The position numbers and the translations under genes are program-made. The notes beneath the pieces were generated by a model. It was not told the DNA's origin. It saw nothing but the letters and a program-made list of their open reading frames with translations, and made no database searches. From assembly GCA_043818175.1 (NCBI GenBank), contig JBDRGA010000046.1, forward strand, positions 1-56,214: a stretch of DNA of 56,214 nt, read 5' to 3'. Shown piece by piece: positions 45,999 to 55,377 of this stretch (position 1 is the stretch's first letter; every line of letters begins with the position of its first letter). This stretch comes from Candidatus Woesearchaeota archaeon. Lineage in GTDB: Archaea > Nanobdellota > Nanobdellia > Woesearchaeales > JBDRGA01.

Positions 45999-47312
45999 TT
46001 ATATAGTGCATCCGCTAAGCTTTGCAAGCTGCGCGAAGCTCTGTTCTCCTGAAACCCTTGTGCCATCCTTGAATACCCAAGTTGGATATCCAGTTATGCC
46101 TGCATCCTTGCAAGCTTGTGCTTGTGCATTAGGGTTTTCGGGTGTTGAGCATTCAACGTAAGGCAGGTCTTTTGCTGCTTCTCCGAACAATTCTTTCTGA
46201 GAATTGCAGTGACTGCACCATGACGCACCATAGAAGTACGCACCATTGTCTGCAAGGCAAGTCGCCAGTTTAGCTTCTGTGCTTAAAGTGTTGTCTTCCT
46301 TTCCAGCATACGTTATTGCTGCCTTGTTCTTAATGTTCTGCAGGAAAACTGCGTACATTCCCTTTGCCTTTTCGAGCTTTATTGCTTCTGCAATTGCGCT
46401 TCGAACATCCTCGAACGGAACTGTCTTTGCGGGCTGGCTTGAGACTTTCTCGATGTAATGGTATCCGAATTGGGTCTTCGCCACTGCATTTTCTCCTACA
46501 TTAATACTGAAGCTCGCATTTTCGAACTCTGGAACCATGTATCCCCTTGGGAACGTATATTCGCCGCAGTTGGCTACACTTCCTGCATCATCGCTGTACT
46601 CAGTAACGAGTTCACAGAAACCTGCTCCTTCTGCCAATTTCTGCTTGATTATGTCAATAACAGCCATTGCAGCTGTATCTGAGACATTATCAGATGTTGC
46701 GACCAGAATATGTCTTGCAGTTACCTGTTCTGGCTGCTGGAACTGGGCTGAGTTGTTCTTGTAGTATGCCTGCTCGTCAGCTTCAGATACAGTTACCGCT
46801 TCCAGTATTGTCTGGTTAAGGTAGTTTGTAATGGTAATCTGCCTTCCATACAAGTCCCTGAACTCCTCGAGGCTTGAGCCTCTTGATTCAAGAGTTGTTA
46901 CGAGGTCTTCGTCAGTTAAGCCATTGGTTAGCTTGATTTCCTCAATTGCATTATCAATGTCTGCAGGAACCGCCTTAAATCCTGCCTCTTCAGCTGCCTG
47001 ATATAACACTTCTTCATCAACCATCTGTTCAAGCACATCATCCTTGGTCATTGTAGCCTGAAGGTTTGCAGGCAGCCTGTCATACTGGTTATTCAACGCC
47101 AGCTGAGTGATTGGTTGTCCGTTCACCGTAACAAGTACAGTGTCATTGTTCGCTGTGGTAGGTTGCTTGTTAGTGGATATAATTATTCCAACTATGATTA
47201 CAAGTACGACTACCACTGGAACGATAATCCAGCTGGGATTCATCTTGTTCCTGGATTGTACAGGAGCTGCTGATTTCTTTGTTGTTTTCTTTGAACTTTT
47301 CTTTCGTGCCAC
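45999..47312 (-). CDS. PrsA/SurA-type parvulin foldase fused to a C-terminal thioredoxin-like domain
   Basis: TM anchor, SurA-N region, ARHILV...MVPEFE...TQFGYH rotamase, FYGASWCSHC...GYPTW. Start at the GTG 47312 (GGTGG SD) is preferred over 47351. Confidence 0.88.
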   Translation of the reverse strand: MARKKSSKKTTKKSAAPVQSRNKMNPSWIIVPVVVVLVIIVGIIISTNKQPTTANNDTVLVTVNGQPITQLALNNQYDRLPANLQATMTKDDVLEQMVDEEVLYQAAEEAGFKAVPADIDNAIEEIKLTNGLTDEDLVTTLESRGSSLEEFRDLYGRQITITNYLNQTILEAVTVSEADEQAYYKNNSAQFQQPEQVTARHILVATSDNVSDTAAMAVIDIIKQKLAEGAGFCELVTEYSDDAGSVANCGEYTFPRGYMVPEFENASFSINVGENAVAKTQFGYHYIEKVSSQPAKTVPFEDVRSAIAEAIKLEKAKGMYAVFLQNIKNKAAITYAGKEDNTLSTEAKLATCLADNGAYFYGASWCSHCNSQKELFGEAAKDLPYVECSTPENPNAQAQACKDAGITGYPTWVFKDGTRVSGEQSFAQLAKLSGCTI

Positions 47313-47408
47313 TTGACCACCTGAGAGTAATTTGGAATGGAGAATGGTCATGCGTTTTTAAGGTTTTCCCGTGGAAACCCTTTTATATAGAATAGACGCA
47401 TAAGCATC

Positions 47409-48707
47409 GTGATTGACATAATTATAGGGAGATCTGAGTCAGACAGGAAGAAATACGGCACAAAAGGCACGATTCTGCTTGGAAAACAGTATGTTCGAAT
47501 GGGTCAAACGGAAAGTTTAAGCAATCCTGTTTATCTTGACACTGCACAAAGCCACGTTATCTTCGTATGCGGTAAGAGAGGAGCGGGAAAGTCGTATACG
47601 CTCGGCGTAGTCGCAGAAGGCATCACCGCCCTTCCAAAAGAAATAAGAGCAAACCTTTCCATCGTAATCCTTGACACGATGGGCATTTATTGGACTATGA
47701 AGCACGCCAACAAGCCAGATAAGAAGCTGTTGAAGGAATGGGGCTTGGAAGCAAAGGGACTGGACATAACATTATGGGTTCCAAAGGGCGCAGTTCAGAG
47801 GATGAAGAAGCAGGGGATGCCAGTGGACGAAGCATTCAGCATTAGCCCTATGGATTTAAGCGGAGAGGATTGGAAGACAGCGCTGGGCATCTTGGAAGGA
47901 ACTGAATCTTCAATCATCATTGACAGAGTCGTCGCAGACTTAAGAGACTCCGAGAAAAAGTATGGCATGAAGGATATTGTTAAAGCAGTTGGTGCTTCTT
48001 CTGCTGGCAAGCTGGCAGTTCAGGACGTGCTTAACAGGCTTGACTCTGCTGAGTCCTGGGGTTTGTTTTCCGATGACGCAACACCATTGGATGATATTGC
48101 AAAGCCTGGAAGAGTTAGCGTCCTTGACTTAAGTCCGTACAACCAGGAAGGAGGTTGGACGATAAAGTCCCTCGCTGTTGGTCTTGTTGCTGAAAAGTTA
48201 TTTACGCAAAGGATGCTTCAGAGACAGCAGGAAGAGTTCACAGCAGTTGAAGAGGCAGAGCATTTTGCTTCTGCGGGCGCTTCAAGGAAGTATCCTCTTG
48301 TATGGCTTGTTATTGATGAGGCACATGAATTCTTACCAAATGATAGAAAGACTCTTGCTTCGGATGCTTTGATAACGATTCTTCGCGAAGGAAGGCAGCC
48401 AGGAATATCTCTTGTGCTTGCTTCACAACAGCCAGGAAAGATTCACACTGATGTCCTCACTCAAGCAGATACTGTCATTTCGCACAGGATTACAGCTAGA
48501 ATTGACACTGATGCTCTTGGTGTTTTGATGCAGAGCTACATGCGTAAAGGACTTGCTGAAGAGCTCGACCATCTTCCAAGGGAGAAGGGCGCTGCTTTGG
48601 TGTTCGACGACACTAATGAACGCCTTTACCCAATCAAAGTGCGTCCAAGACTAACATGGCATGGTGGAAGTAGCCCAACTGCCTTGAAAGATGAGGAATC
48701 ATTATAA
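47409..48707 (+). CDS. HerA/FtsK-family ATPase (DUF87-like)
   Basis: GKRGAGKS, VIDEAHEF and REGRQPGISLVLASQQP. Confidence 0.88.
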   Translation: MIDIIIGRSESDRKKYGTKGTILLGKQYVRMGQTESLSNPVYLDTAQSHVIFVCGKRGAGKSYTLGVVAEGITALPKEIRANLSIVILDTMGIYWTMKHANKPDKKLLKEWGLEAKGLDITLWVPKGAVQRMKKQGMPVDEAFSISPMDLSGEDWKTALGILEGTESSIIIDRVVADLRDSEKKYGMKDIVKAVGASSAGKLAVQDVLNRLDSAESWGLFSDDATPLDDIAKPGRVSVLDLSPYNQEGGWTIKSLAVGLVAEKLFTQRMLQRQQEEFTAVEEAEHFASAGASRKYPLVWLVIDEAHEFLPNDRKTLASDALITILREGRQPGISLVLASQQPGKIHTDVLTQADTVISHRITARIDTDALGVLMQSYMRKGLAEELDHLPREKGAALVFDDTNERLYPIKVRPRLTWHGGSSPTALKDEESL

Positions 48708-48730
48708 TATCAGAAAGATTCCCTCTTCTC

Positions 48731-49399
48731 ATGTCAAACGAAGTGCCCGATTCAAGGATAGGTTACAAGTTCGCGTATACTACACTTTCTGATGAAACCA
48801 CACCTGACGCTGTCGTGCTGGGAGGCGCTGCAATGGAGCATCAGAGTCCCCTGCAAGGTAATCGCACTCTGAATGAACCATATTTCCAAGTGTTAAAGCT
48901 ATGGCTTGACCTTATTGCGCGCAGGACGGGCCATGAAGTTCACGATCCAGAAGTGCATCATGCTTACGTCCTTGGAAGCCCTCTTCTTGATAAAGTGTTT
49001 ACGAGATTGCCTGGCGAAGAAGCTTCTGACATGGTATATGCTGGCATTCACAGATGCATGGTTGAAAAGTTCCCTCGTTTCGAAGACATGCCTCCTTCTG
49101 ACGAAACGAGAAGACCACATCATAACCTGCACGTTGACGTTTATGGAATTGCGAGCAATCCTTCTGCTACAGAGGAACAAATCACATTATGTCGAGTAAT
49201 TCCAGGCATACTACTTGACGATGATATGATGGCATCAGTTGTTGGAAGTCATGACGATTTACGTTTACCTGCAAGAGATAAATTTGCACTGCAACCTGAC
49301 TTGGGAAGTCTGGTAGCAACTCATAGAGGCATAATCATCGCAAAGCTCGATGAACCCGGCGCAAGAAGGTTAATCAAATATGGTTTCCCTGACAGTTAA
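48731..49399 (+). CDS. Hypothetical protein
   Basis: 222-aa ORF with TATA ATTATAAT about 30 nt upstream. Confidence 0.6.
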   Translation: MSNEVPDSRIGYKFAYTTLSDETTPDAVVLGGAAMEHQSPLQGNRTLNEPYFQVLKLWLDLIARRTGHEVHDPEVHHAYVLGSPLLDKVFTRLPGEEASDMVYAGIHRCMVEKFPRFEDMPPSDETRRPHHNLHVDVYGIASNPSATEEQITLCRVIPGILLDDDMMASVVGSHDDLRLPARDKFALQPDLGSLVATHRGIIIAKLDEPGARRLIKYGFPDS

Positions 49400-49433
49400 T
49401 CATCTTTTTATACTTCCCAATATATCTCGCATC

Positions 49434-50117
49434 ATGCACCGCGTCCAAAAGCTCTTGAGTAATTGGGGTTATTGTTCCAGAAGAAGTGCTGAAGATATTA
49501 TTGCACAGGGCAGGGTTTCAGTTAATGGAAAAATTATTTCATTGGGTGACCAGGCAACCGAACAAGATGATATCAGAATTGATGGTAAGCGCGTAAGACA
49601 AGAAAGAAAAATTTACATTGCATTCCACAAGCCCATTGGTTGCGTCACAGCAGTTACGGACAAGCACGAAAAAACAGTTATTGATTACATTCGAATAAAA
49701 GAACGCATTTTTCCTGTTGGACGATTGGATAAGAACACTTCAGGTTTGCTCATTCTTACAAATGATGGTGATTTCGCAAATCAGATTATGCACCCTTCTA
49801 ACGAGATTAAGAAAACATATTTCGTCAAGCTTGGCTGGGCCATCGCGCCTTCAGACATAAGACGTTTGAGAGAGGGAATTCAGCTTGAGGATGGCCTTAC
49901 CAGACCTGCTCTTGTGCGTATTCACGACCCCGACTTCATCGAAATTACGATTCATGAAGGAAAGAACAGGATTGTACGAAGGATGATTGAAGCACTAGGG
50001 CATAAAGTAATAGCGCTGCAGAGAACACGTATTGGCAGAATTGACCTTGGAACATTAAGGCCTGGGCGTTACCGCCATTTACCCGTGCCTTATGGAAAAG
50101 ATTCTCCTATAGTATAA
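49434..50117 (+). CDS. rRNA pseudouridine synthase, RsuA/RluB family
   Basis: S4 domain VQKLLSNWGYCSRR, FHKPIG, PVGRLDKNTSGLLILTNDG and HEGKNRIVRRM. Confidence 0.92.
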   Translation: MHRVQKLLSNWGYCSRRSAEDIIAQGRVSVNGKIISLGDQATEQDDIRIDGKRVRQERKIYIAFHKPIGCVTAVTDKHEKTVIDYIRIKERIFPVGRLDKNTSGLLILTNDGDFANQIMHPSNEIKKTYFVKLGWAIAPSDIRRLREGIQLEDGLTRPALVRIHDPDFIEITIHEGKNRIVRRMIEALGHKVIALQRTRIGRIDLGTLRPGRYRHLPVPYGKDSPIV

Positions 50118-50148
50118 GATTTTTATACTCCCGAATCATTCTCTTTGC

Positions 50149-50790
50149 ATGACCTCAAAATCAGACTTATTACAGTACTGGAGCGACAGGTTTGCTTTCT
50201 CGAAAAGAGAGCTTGCTGCCTTTACTGCTGTACACAGGGAGGATTTTATTCCTTCTTCAGCGCAGAGTATGGCTTACGAGGACATCCCACTACCTACATT
50301 GAGAGGAAAGACCGTATCCCAGCCAACTACAGTAATGATTATGACTCATGCTTTGGACGTGAAGAAAGGGATGAAGGTCTTTGAAGTTGGTACTGGCTCT
50401 GGCTACCAGTCTGCCATTCTTGCACATCTGGTTGGTGCTTCTGGAAAGGTCGTTACCACTGAAATCATTCCTGAGCTCGTTCAATTTGCCAGATTGAATA
50501 TAATGCGTGCAGGATACGAGAATATTGTTGTTCTGGAGGAGGATGGTCCACGAGGTCATGCGAAGGAAGCACCTTTTGATCGCATAATTCTAACGGCAGC
50601 TGCAAAAGAATTTCCTCCTGAACTTGTTAAACAGTTGAAGTTGAAAGGAATTATTCTTGGACCTCTTGGCACTGAAGAGGAGCAGCAGATGGTACGCGGC
50701 ACGAAGAACAAACAGGGAGGCCTCGACATAGAGTTCCTGGGAAGTTTCCTTTTCTCACCATTGGCGGGAAAACACGGGTTTGTTTACTGA
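50149..50790 (+). CDS. pcm: Protein-L-isoaspartate O-methyltransferase
   Basis: REDF...AYEDIPLP...TVSQP, EVGTGSGYQ and APFDRIILTAA. Confidence 0.92.
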   Translation: MTSKSDLLQYWSDRFAFSKRELAAFTAVHREDFIPSSAQSMAYEDIPLPTLRGKTVSQPTTVMIMTHALDVKKGMKVFEVGTGSGYQSAILAHLVGASGKVVTTEIIPELVQFARLNIMRAGYENIVVLEEDGPRGHAKEAPFDRIILTAAAKEFPPELVKQLKLKGIILGPLGTEEEQQMVRGTKNKQGGLDIEFLGSFLFSPLAGKHGFVY

Positions 50791-51476
50791 AGAGCTTCAA
50801 CAGCTTCTGAGAACGTATTCACTTTCACTATATTCAATTTTGTAAGAGGCGTTTCCTGCTGAGGAATAATAAATATATCCACATTGTCTCGTTCCGCAAC
50901 AATAAGTTTCTGTGCAATACCTCCAACGGGCACCACAGTGCCATTCTCCAGTAAATCTCCAGTTGCAGCTATCTTCCTTCCTTTTACGAGGTCTGGACCA
51001 TACTGATGTACTAGTTCCAAAGCAATGGGAAGCGAAGCACTGCCGCCTGACGCACCTGTGGAATTTACTGTTACATTAATTCCAAGATATTGTCCTGCAA
51101 GAAGTTCTGCAACATCCAACCCCTGTGCATAGTTTTGCGCCAACACAGGGTCAACGTTCATTGGCACGGCAATTGACTCTATGGTTGCAGTATGACTAAT
51201 TCGTGAAACAAAAAAGCCGAAGATGCTCAAATGGTATTTGTCCGGCGCCAACCTAAACCAGTAAGCCAAAGGATTCTCTGCAATCTTAGCGCTTGTAACC
51301 AGAATGTGTGTATCTTTATTCTCGACGTGAATCAGTTGTTCCGTACTCACTAAATCTCCAGGCAAAATCGCATAGTATGGTAATGGAATTGCAAAGAACA
51401 AAATCACGAGAAACAATCCTAGGATGAGCGCCGCGCCCTTATTCCGCCTTGAAGCCCTGGAACCATTCTTTTTCAT
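50784..51476 (-). CDS. Membrane-anchored Lon-type (S16) protease domain protein, YlbL-like without PDZ
   Basis: PYYAILPG, GGSASL (Ser), KIAATG and VPVGGIAQKL (Lys). Confidence 0.75.
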   Translation of the reverse strand: MKKNGSRASRRNKGAALILGLFLVILFFAIPLPYYAILPGDLVSTEQLIHVENKDTHILVTSAKIAENPLAYWFRLAPDKYHLSIFGFFVSRISHTATIESIAVPMNVDPVLAQNYAQGLDVAELLAGQYLGINVTVNSTGASGGSASLPIALELVHQYGPDLVKGRKIAATGDLLENGTVVPVGGIAQKLIVAERDNVDIFIIPQQETPLTKLNIVKVNTFSEAVEALQ

Positions 51477-52047
51477 TTAGACGTTGGGGTATCTTGTTTA
51501 TTTGAGACTTTCTACCCTCAAGAAGATAAGTCATGCTCTGGTGATTTTCCTTCTTGTTCACTTCAACCATTATTCTTTTGTGCTTTACCAAGAGCAATGC
51601 TTCCAGTTCCTTTTCGGGAACGATTCTGTTCGTGATTATCGTTACTCTGCTTTGATAGCTTCCAATACCATACGTTTCAAGATAATGGTCAACCAGGATT
51701 ACAGTCCAGATGAGTATGTAAAGCATGATGCCTATGGAGTATTCTCCAAGTCCGATTAACATCCCAAATATAGCAAAGACCCATATGCTTGCTGCCGACG
51801 TAAAGCCGAAGATCTTGTCAGACGTCTTGATTAAAGCTCCTGCACCCAGGAATCCAATACCAGTAACAATCGCACCTAATAAACCACCCTGACCTTCAAC
51901 GCTTGCCACTATTGCAAGAGCGCACGCACCTACGGCAACGAACGTAAATGTTCCAAATCCAATGGGCTTGTGGGCCTTTTGCCTTTGCACGCCGAATATC
52001 ATGCTGAGTATGAAGACTATGACAAAACGTAATATGTACTCGAGCAT
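51439..52047 (-). CDS. MgtC/SapB family membrane protein
   Basis: QRQKAHKPIGFGTF, GAIVTGIGFLGAGAL and GFTSAASIW. Confidence 0.9.
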   Translation of the reverse strand: MLEYILRFVIVFILSMIFGVQRQKAHKPIGFGTFTFVAVGACALAIVASVEGQGGLLGAIVTGIGFLGAGALIKTSDKIFGFTSAASIWVFAIFGMLIGLGEYSIGIMLYILIWTVILVDHYLETYGIGSYQSRVTIITNRIVPEKELEALLLVKHKRIMVEVNKKENHQSMTYLLEGRKSQINKIPQRLNEKEWFQGFKAE

Positions 52048-52228
52048 GAGCGCAAACAGCGTGTGCTCCTGTTCTTAAGGATTGCGAAAAAATAACGCAC
52101 AGAGTTTACGAAGAACAAAACAACCTGATTAAATTGCAATATTGAAAATAATTACAAGAAAACATCATAACTACTACCCAGTAGTATATTTCAGAAAGGT
52201 TTATATACTTAGAAACCCTAAGAAAGCC

Positions 52229-52906
52229 ATGCCTAGAGTCATAAGAATGAAGGAAAGGGATGCTTTCAAAGGATCTCTCACTGCAGCAGTATTAAACACA
52301 GACATGTCTAAGCTTGGTTATGTTGGTTTGTTTGGCTCAAGCCTAAGCGAAAATGAAGCACATGACCTGGATATCATGGTCGTGCCTGCTTTGGACGCAA
52401 AGGTTGGTGAAGCACTCTTGGCAGAACAAGCACTCCTTCGAGAAACAGATGCACGCCTCAGAAGGGACCATGACTTGTACGTAGGTACTTGTCCCAGAAA
52501 AATATTCCAGCCAGAGGCATATTGGATTATCGGAGAGCACAAGGGAGTTGCCACATTGTTACCCGTGCACAACATATTCTATCCCGACAAAGGCTCAGGA
52601 GACAGGAACAGCCCCGTTCGTTTCTTCGACTCCATTCGAGGCACCACACTCGACCTCTACGGGAGCATGGATTCATTGCTAGCAAGACCAAGTTTGCCAC
52701 AAGCAACTTTGGAACCATATTTCGTACTGAGTGACATGCGTCCTGCAGACGCTTACCCCGAAGCGCTTCAGAGAGAAAAGCTTGGCGCAGCTCTAAGCTA
52801 TCTAGCCACACATTATGGAGGTCGTAAACCTGGGAACTTGAGAACGCATGCAGACAGAGACAACGCACTCAGAGAAGCGCTTGTAACTCTAGACAGTTCT
52901 AATTGA
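52229..52906 (+). CDS. Protein with Pol-beta-like nucleotidyltransferase motif
   Basis: VGLFGSSLSENEAHDLDIMVV (GS...DxD). Start at 52229 is about 29 nt after TTTATATA. Confidence 0.5.
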   Translation: MPRVIRMKERDAFKGSLTAAVLNTDMSKLGYVGLFGSSLSENEAHDLDIMVVPALDAKVGEALLAEQALLRETDARLRRDHDLYVGTCPRKIFQPEAYWIIGEHKGVATLLPVHNIFYPDKGSGDRNSPVRFFDSIRGTTLDLYGSMDSLLARPSLPQATLEPYFVLSDMRPADAYPEALQREKLGAALSYLATHYGGRKPGNLRTHADRDNALREALVTLDSSN

Positions 52907-52959
52907 GCTTGCTAATCCTATCTTCTCAATTACGGACAAAATCTGAAAAAACAATCAAG

Positions 52960-53259
52960 TCACGCAACCCTAACCCGAAGCTCCTTATCATGTACGCTAA
53001 GCTCGACCTCTTCGCCTTGCTTAAGACCAAGAACTGCTTCAACGTCCTTAGGGAGCCGCAGAATCAAATTGCTTCTGTTTCTGCCGAGCTTGGCTTTCAT
53101 CTTTTGCTTCCTTAGCTTGTTAGCAACAAGCACGCGCTCGATCTGCTCTGGGTCAAAGTAAATTTCGCCGCATGCACATACGAATCCATCGATGTACTCC
53201 CCATTGAAAGGTATCCCTTTCTTGTACTTCATGTTCTTACCGCATTTATGGCATTTCAT
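52960..53259 (-). CDS. Putative antitoxin: YgiT/MqsA-type zinc ribbon + AbrB domain
   Basis: MKCHKCG...CACGEIYFD; C-terminal NLILRLPKDV...LKQGEEV; ATGA overlap with the upstream gene. Confidence 0.75.
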   Translation of the reverse strand: MKCHKCGKNMKYKKGIPFNGEYIDGFVCACGEIYFDPEQIERVLVANKLRKQKMKAKLGRNRSNLILRLPKDVEAVLGLKQGEEVELSVHDKELRVRVA

Positions 53260-53522
53260 CGTGAAAACCTCCCGCAGTGAATCAGCACCCACACCTCTTC
53301 CCTCAGTATTTCATGGTAATCCCGCACGACTACCACGTTGATTACCTTTCTGTTCCTCTGGAGCCATCGTTCGATGGTCCCTATCTTTCTTCTTCTCGGG
53401 GCATCAATCCCCTCTTCAAGGACCATCTTGACGTCCTGCAGGGAGTACCCGTTGTGAATCATCTCCCGTGTGGCAGCGAGCGAGGGCACAATCCTCAGTC
53501 CTAAGTAACGCACGTCAAACAT
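53256..53522 (-). CDS. Putative toxin (DUF4258/RelE-like)
   Basis: 88 aa, basic, translationally coupled upstream of the Zn-ribbon/AbrB gene. Confidence 0.55.
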   Translation of the reverse strand: MFDVRYLGLRIVPSLAATREMIHNGYSLQDVKMVLEEGIDAPRRRKIGTIERWLQRNRKVINVVVVRDYHEILREEVWVLIHCGRFSR

Positions 53523-53530
53523 ACGTTCCT

Positions 53531-53553
53531 AACATATGCAATCTGCATATGTT
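53531..53553. promoter_or_regulatory. Perfect 23-bp palindromic operator of the TA module
   Basis: AACATATGCA-ATC-TGCATATGTT between the TATA box (53551-53560) and the start codon (53522). Confidence 0.7.
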
Positions 53554-53821
53554 TATTAATCTTGGCATTGTTTCAAGAAAGTCCATTCAGTTAGCCAGTT
53601 CTGAAGCGTTTAAGTGAATTCAGCTCCGAAACTTGAAAGATTTCCAGGGATTACACTGTCTTCTTGAAACTATCGAAGTAAACCTCATCCTCCCAGGAAG
53701 AGTACTCTTTCAGCTTCTTGATGACTTCGTCCATAGCCCCAACACCCTATGGAGTATATTTTTCCAAGTAAATACAGGTTTGGCATATATCTTCTTTAAT
53801 TTCAATATTGAAAGATATAGT

Positions 53822-54367
53822 TTAGAGTAAGTTATTTTTCTTCAGTAACATCCCTGGCTTGCCTTCCTTGACATCCTCAGTCTTAAGACCAAGCTCTGAG
53901 ATAAACTTCTGAATCTGTGATTTTGCCTTCTCTGCATCTTCGGGTTCGCGCTTCAGCTCCACTTCAAGAAATAGCCCCAAATCCTTGACGTCTTCGAGAA
54001 CAATTTCGTAATCATCTTGTTTGAACACATTCCGTTCATTGTGAAGCGTTATCAATTCCTGGAAACCAAGCTCTTCAAGAATCTTATTCATCAACTCAGC
54101 ATCCTTAACCTCTGTTTCGTGCTCGTCGCTGTAAATCCATTCTTTTCCTTTGAAAACGTCCTTCTTGAACGTGACGAAACTTCGTCCTTCCTGAGTTCTG
54201 ACTCTGAGCCATGACCTTGGCTCCTTGACAAATTGAACCAATCCTGCAGGATGCTTATAATATACGTCGTGAATAACCCTTATGCCTTCCGGCTCAAAAC
54301 GCTTCAACAATGAGAGCGCCTTCTCCTTGTCATCAATTACTTTCACTAGAATCTCGACTTCCTTCAA
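53822..54367 (-). CDS. cyaB: Class IV adenylate cyclase / CYTH protein
   Basis: MKEVEI, DVYY, LRVR..EG...VTFK, EHET.V and LGLFLEVE. Confidence 0.88.
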   Translation of the reverse strand: MKEVEILVKVIDDKEKALSLLKRFEPEGIRVIHDVYYKHPAGLVQFVKEPRSWLRVRTQEGRSFVTFKKDVFKGKEWIYSDEHETEVKDAELMNKILEELGFQELITLHNERNVFKQDDYEIVLEDVKDLGLFLEVELKREPEDAEKAKSQIQKFISELGLKTEDVKEGKPGMLLKKNNLL

Positions 54368-55323
54368 CTCGGCTCCTCCGCCCTCAACTCCCTAAGCTTC
54401 TCAAGAACTTGTTCAGGGCTCATCAACGGTTTCAAAGCCCTCACTTTTGGAGGAATACCATCCTCGTCATCCAACAAATCTGTTTTGGAAACATAGCATA
54501 ACGTTGGCTTCAATAACTCCAATGTTTTCTCGTACATCGCCCACTGTTTCTCGAAAGTGTACGAGGGAGTGGGGTCATAAACCCAAACAAGCACATCAGC
54601 AACGTACTTCATCGCCAAGTACGCCTGTTTCTCAATTTGATTCATCTTCTCAAACCTGTTCAAAGAACCTGGAGTATCAATGATTTGTACTTTGTGATGC
54701 TTCGCTTCAAAATAACCTAGATTGAGTTGCTTCGTGGTAAACGCGTAATCCTTTATTTCGGGCTTGGCTGTTGTAATCTTTGACAGTAGCGTGCTCTTTC
54801 CAACGTTAGGAAAACCAACAAGACAAACTGTAAACAATCCATCTTTAACCGACGGAAAGGTCATGAACAAAGCCCTGTCTTCTCTTAACCTCTCACACAC
54901 TGGAACTGCTCTTTGAACGAAACTTGCAGACCGTCCATAAAATCCCTTAAGAGCAGCGCTCATCTGCATTGGCGTCTTCGCGTCTTTTAGCCTTCCAAGA
55001 AGTTCTCTCCTGCAATCCTTAACATTCTTAGTAATCCACATTAACGTTGCAAGGTCTTTCCTGTATCGTTCTTCTTTAATGAGTGCTGTAGTGAGCTCCC
55101 TGTAGAACTCTGTCATTGAATCAAGGGAAGGAAAGCCCTTGACAGTTCGCATGAACATGTCCTGCACCGTGTCCTGAAAGGCCTGAGAACGCAAAGTCGC
55201 AAGTTTTCTTGACTTGTCCTCAGGAGAAAGCTTCTTCTCAGGCTTTATCTTCAAAGCTCTAGTAAATGGGAGATCTTTCAGTTCTGCCTTTGTTGGCAGG
55301 GGAGGGATGTCTGTGAATGCCAT
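54364..55323 (-). CDS. NOG1-family GTPase
   Basis: FPSLDSM..FY.EL helical N-domain, GFPNVGKSTL, YAFTTK, DTPG and MNQIEKQA..A. Confidence 0.92.
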   Translation of the reverse strand: MAFTDIPPLPTKAELKDLPFTRALKIKPEKKLSPEDKSRKLATLRSQAFQDTVQDMFMRTVKGFPSLDSMTEFYRELTTALIKEERYRKDLATLMWITKNVKDCRRELLGRLKDAKTPMQMSAALKGFYGRSASFVQRAVPVCERLREDRALFMTFPSVKDGLFTVCLVGFPNVGKSTLLSKITTAKPEIKDYAFTTKQLNLGYFEAKHHKVQIIDTPGSLNRFEKMNQIEKQAYLAMKYVADVLVWVYDPTPSYTFEKQWAMYEKTLELLKPTLCYVSKTDLLDDEDGIPPKVRALKPLMSPEQVLEKLRELRAEEPS

Positions 55324-55377
55324 GCTAAAAGGAGCGATGTTTCATTTATAAATGTGCCCGCCTCATGCAGACAGAAG

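Noticed and set aside
47362-47380. Imperfect inverted repeat GGTTTTCC-cgt-GGAAACC between divergent promoters
   Set aside because: Single bulged instance with no second site or adjacent regulator.
53560-53821. 27-codon minus-strand ORF (MDEVIKKLKEYSSWEDEVYFDSFKKTV) and possible pseudogene debris
   Set aside because: Too short, no recognisable motif and no convincing frameshifted continuation.
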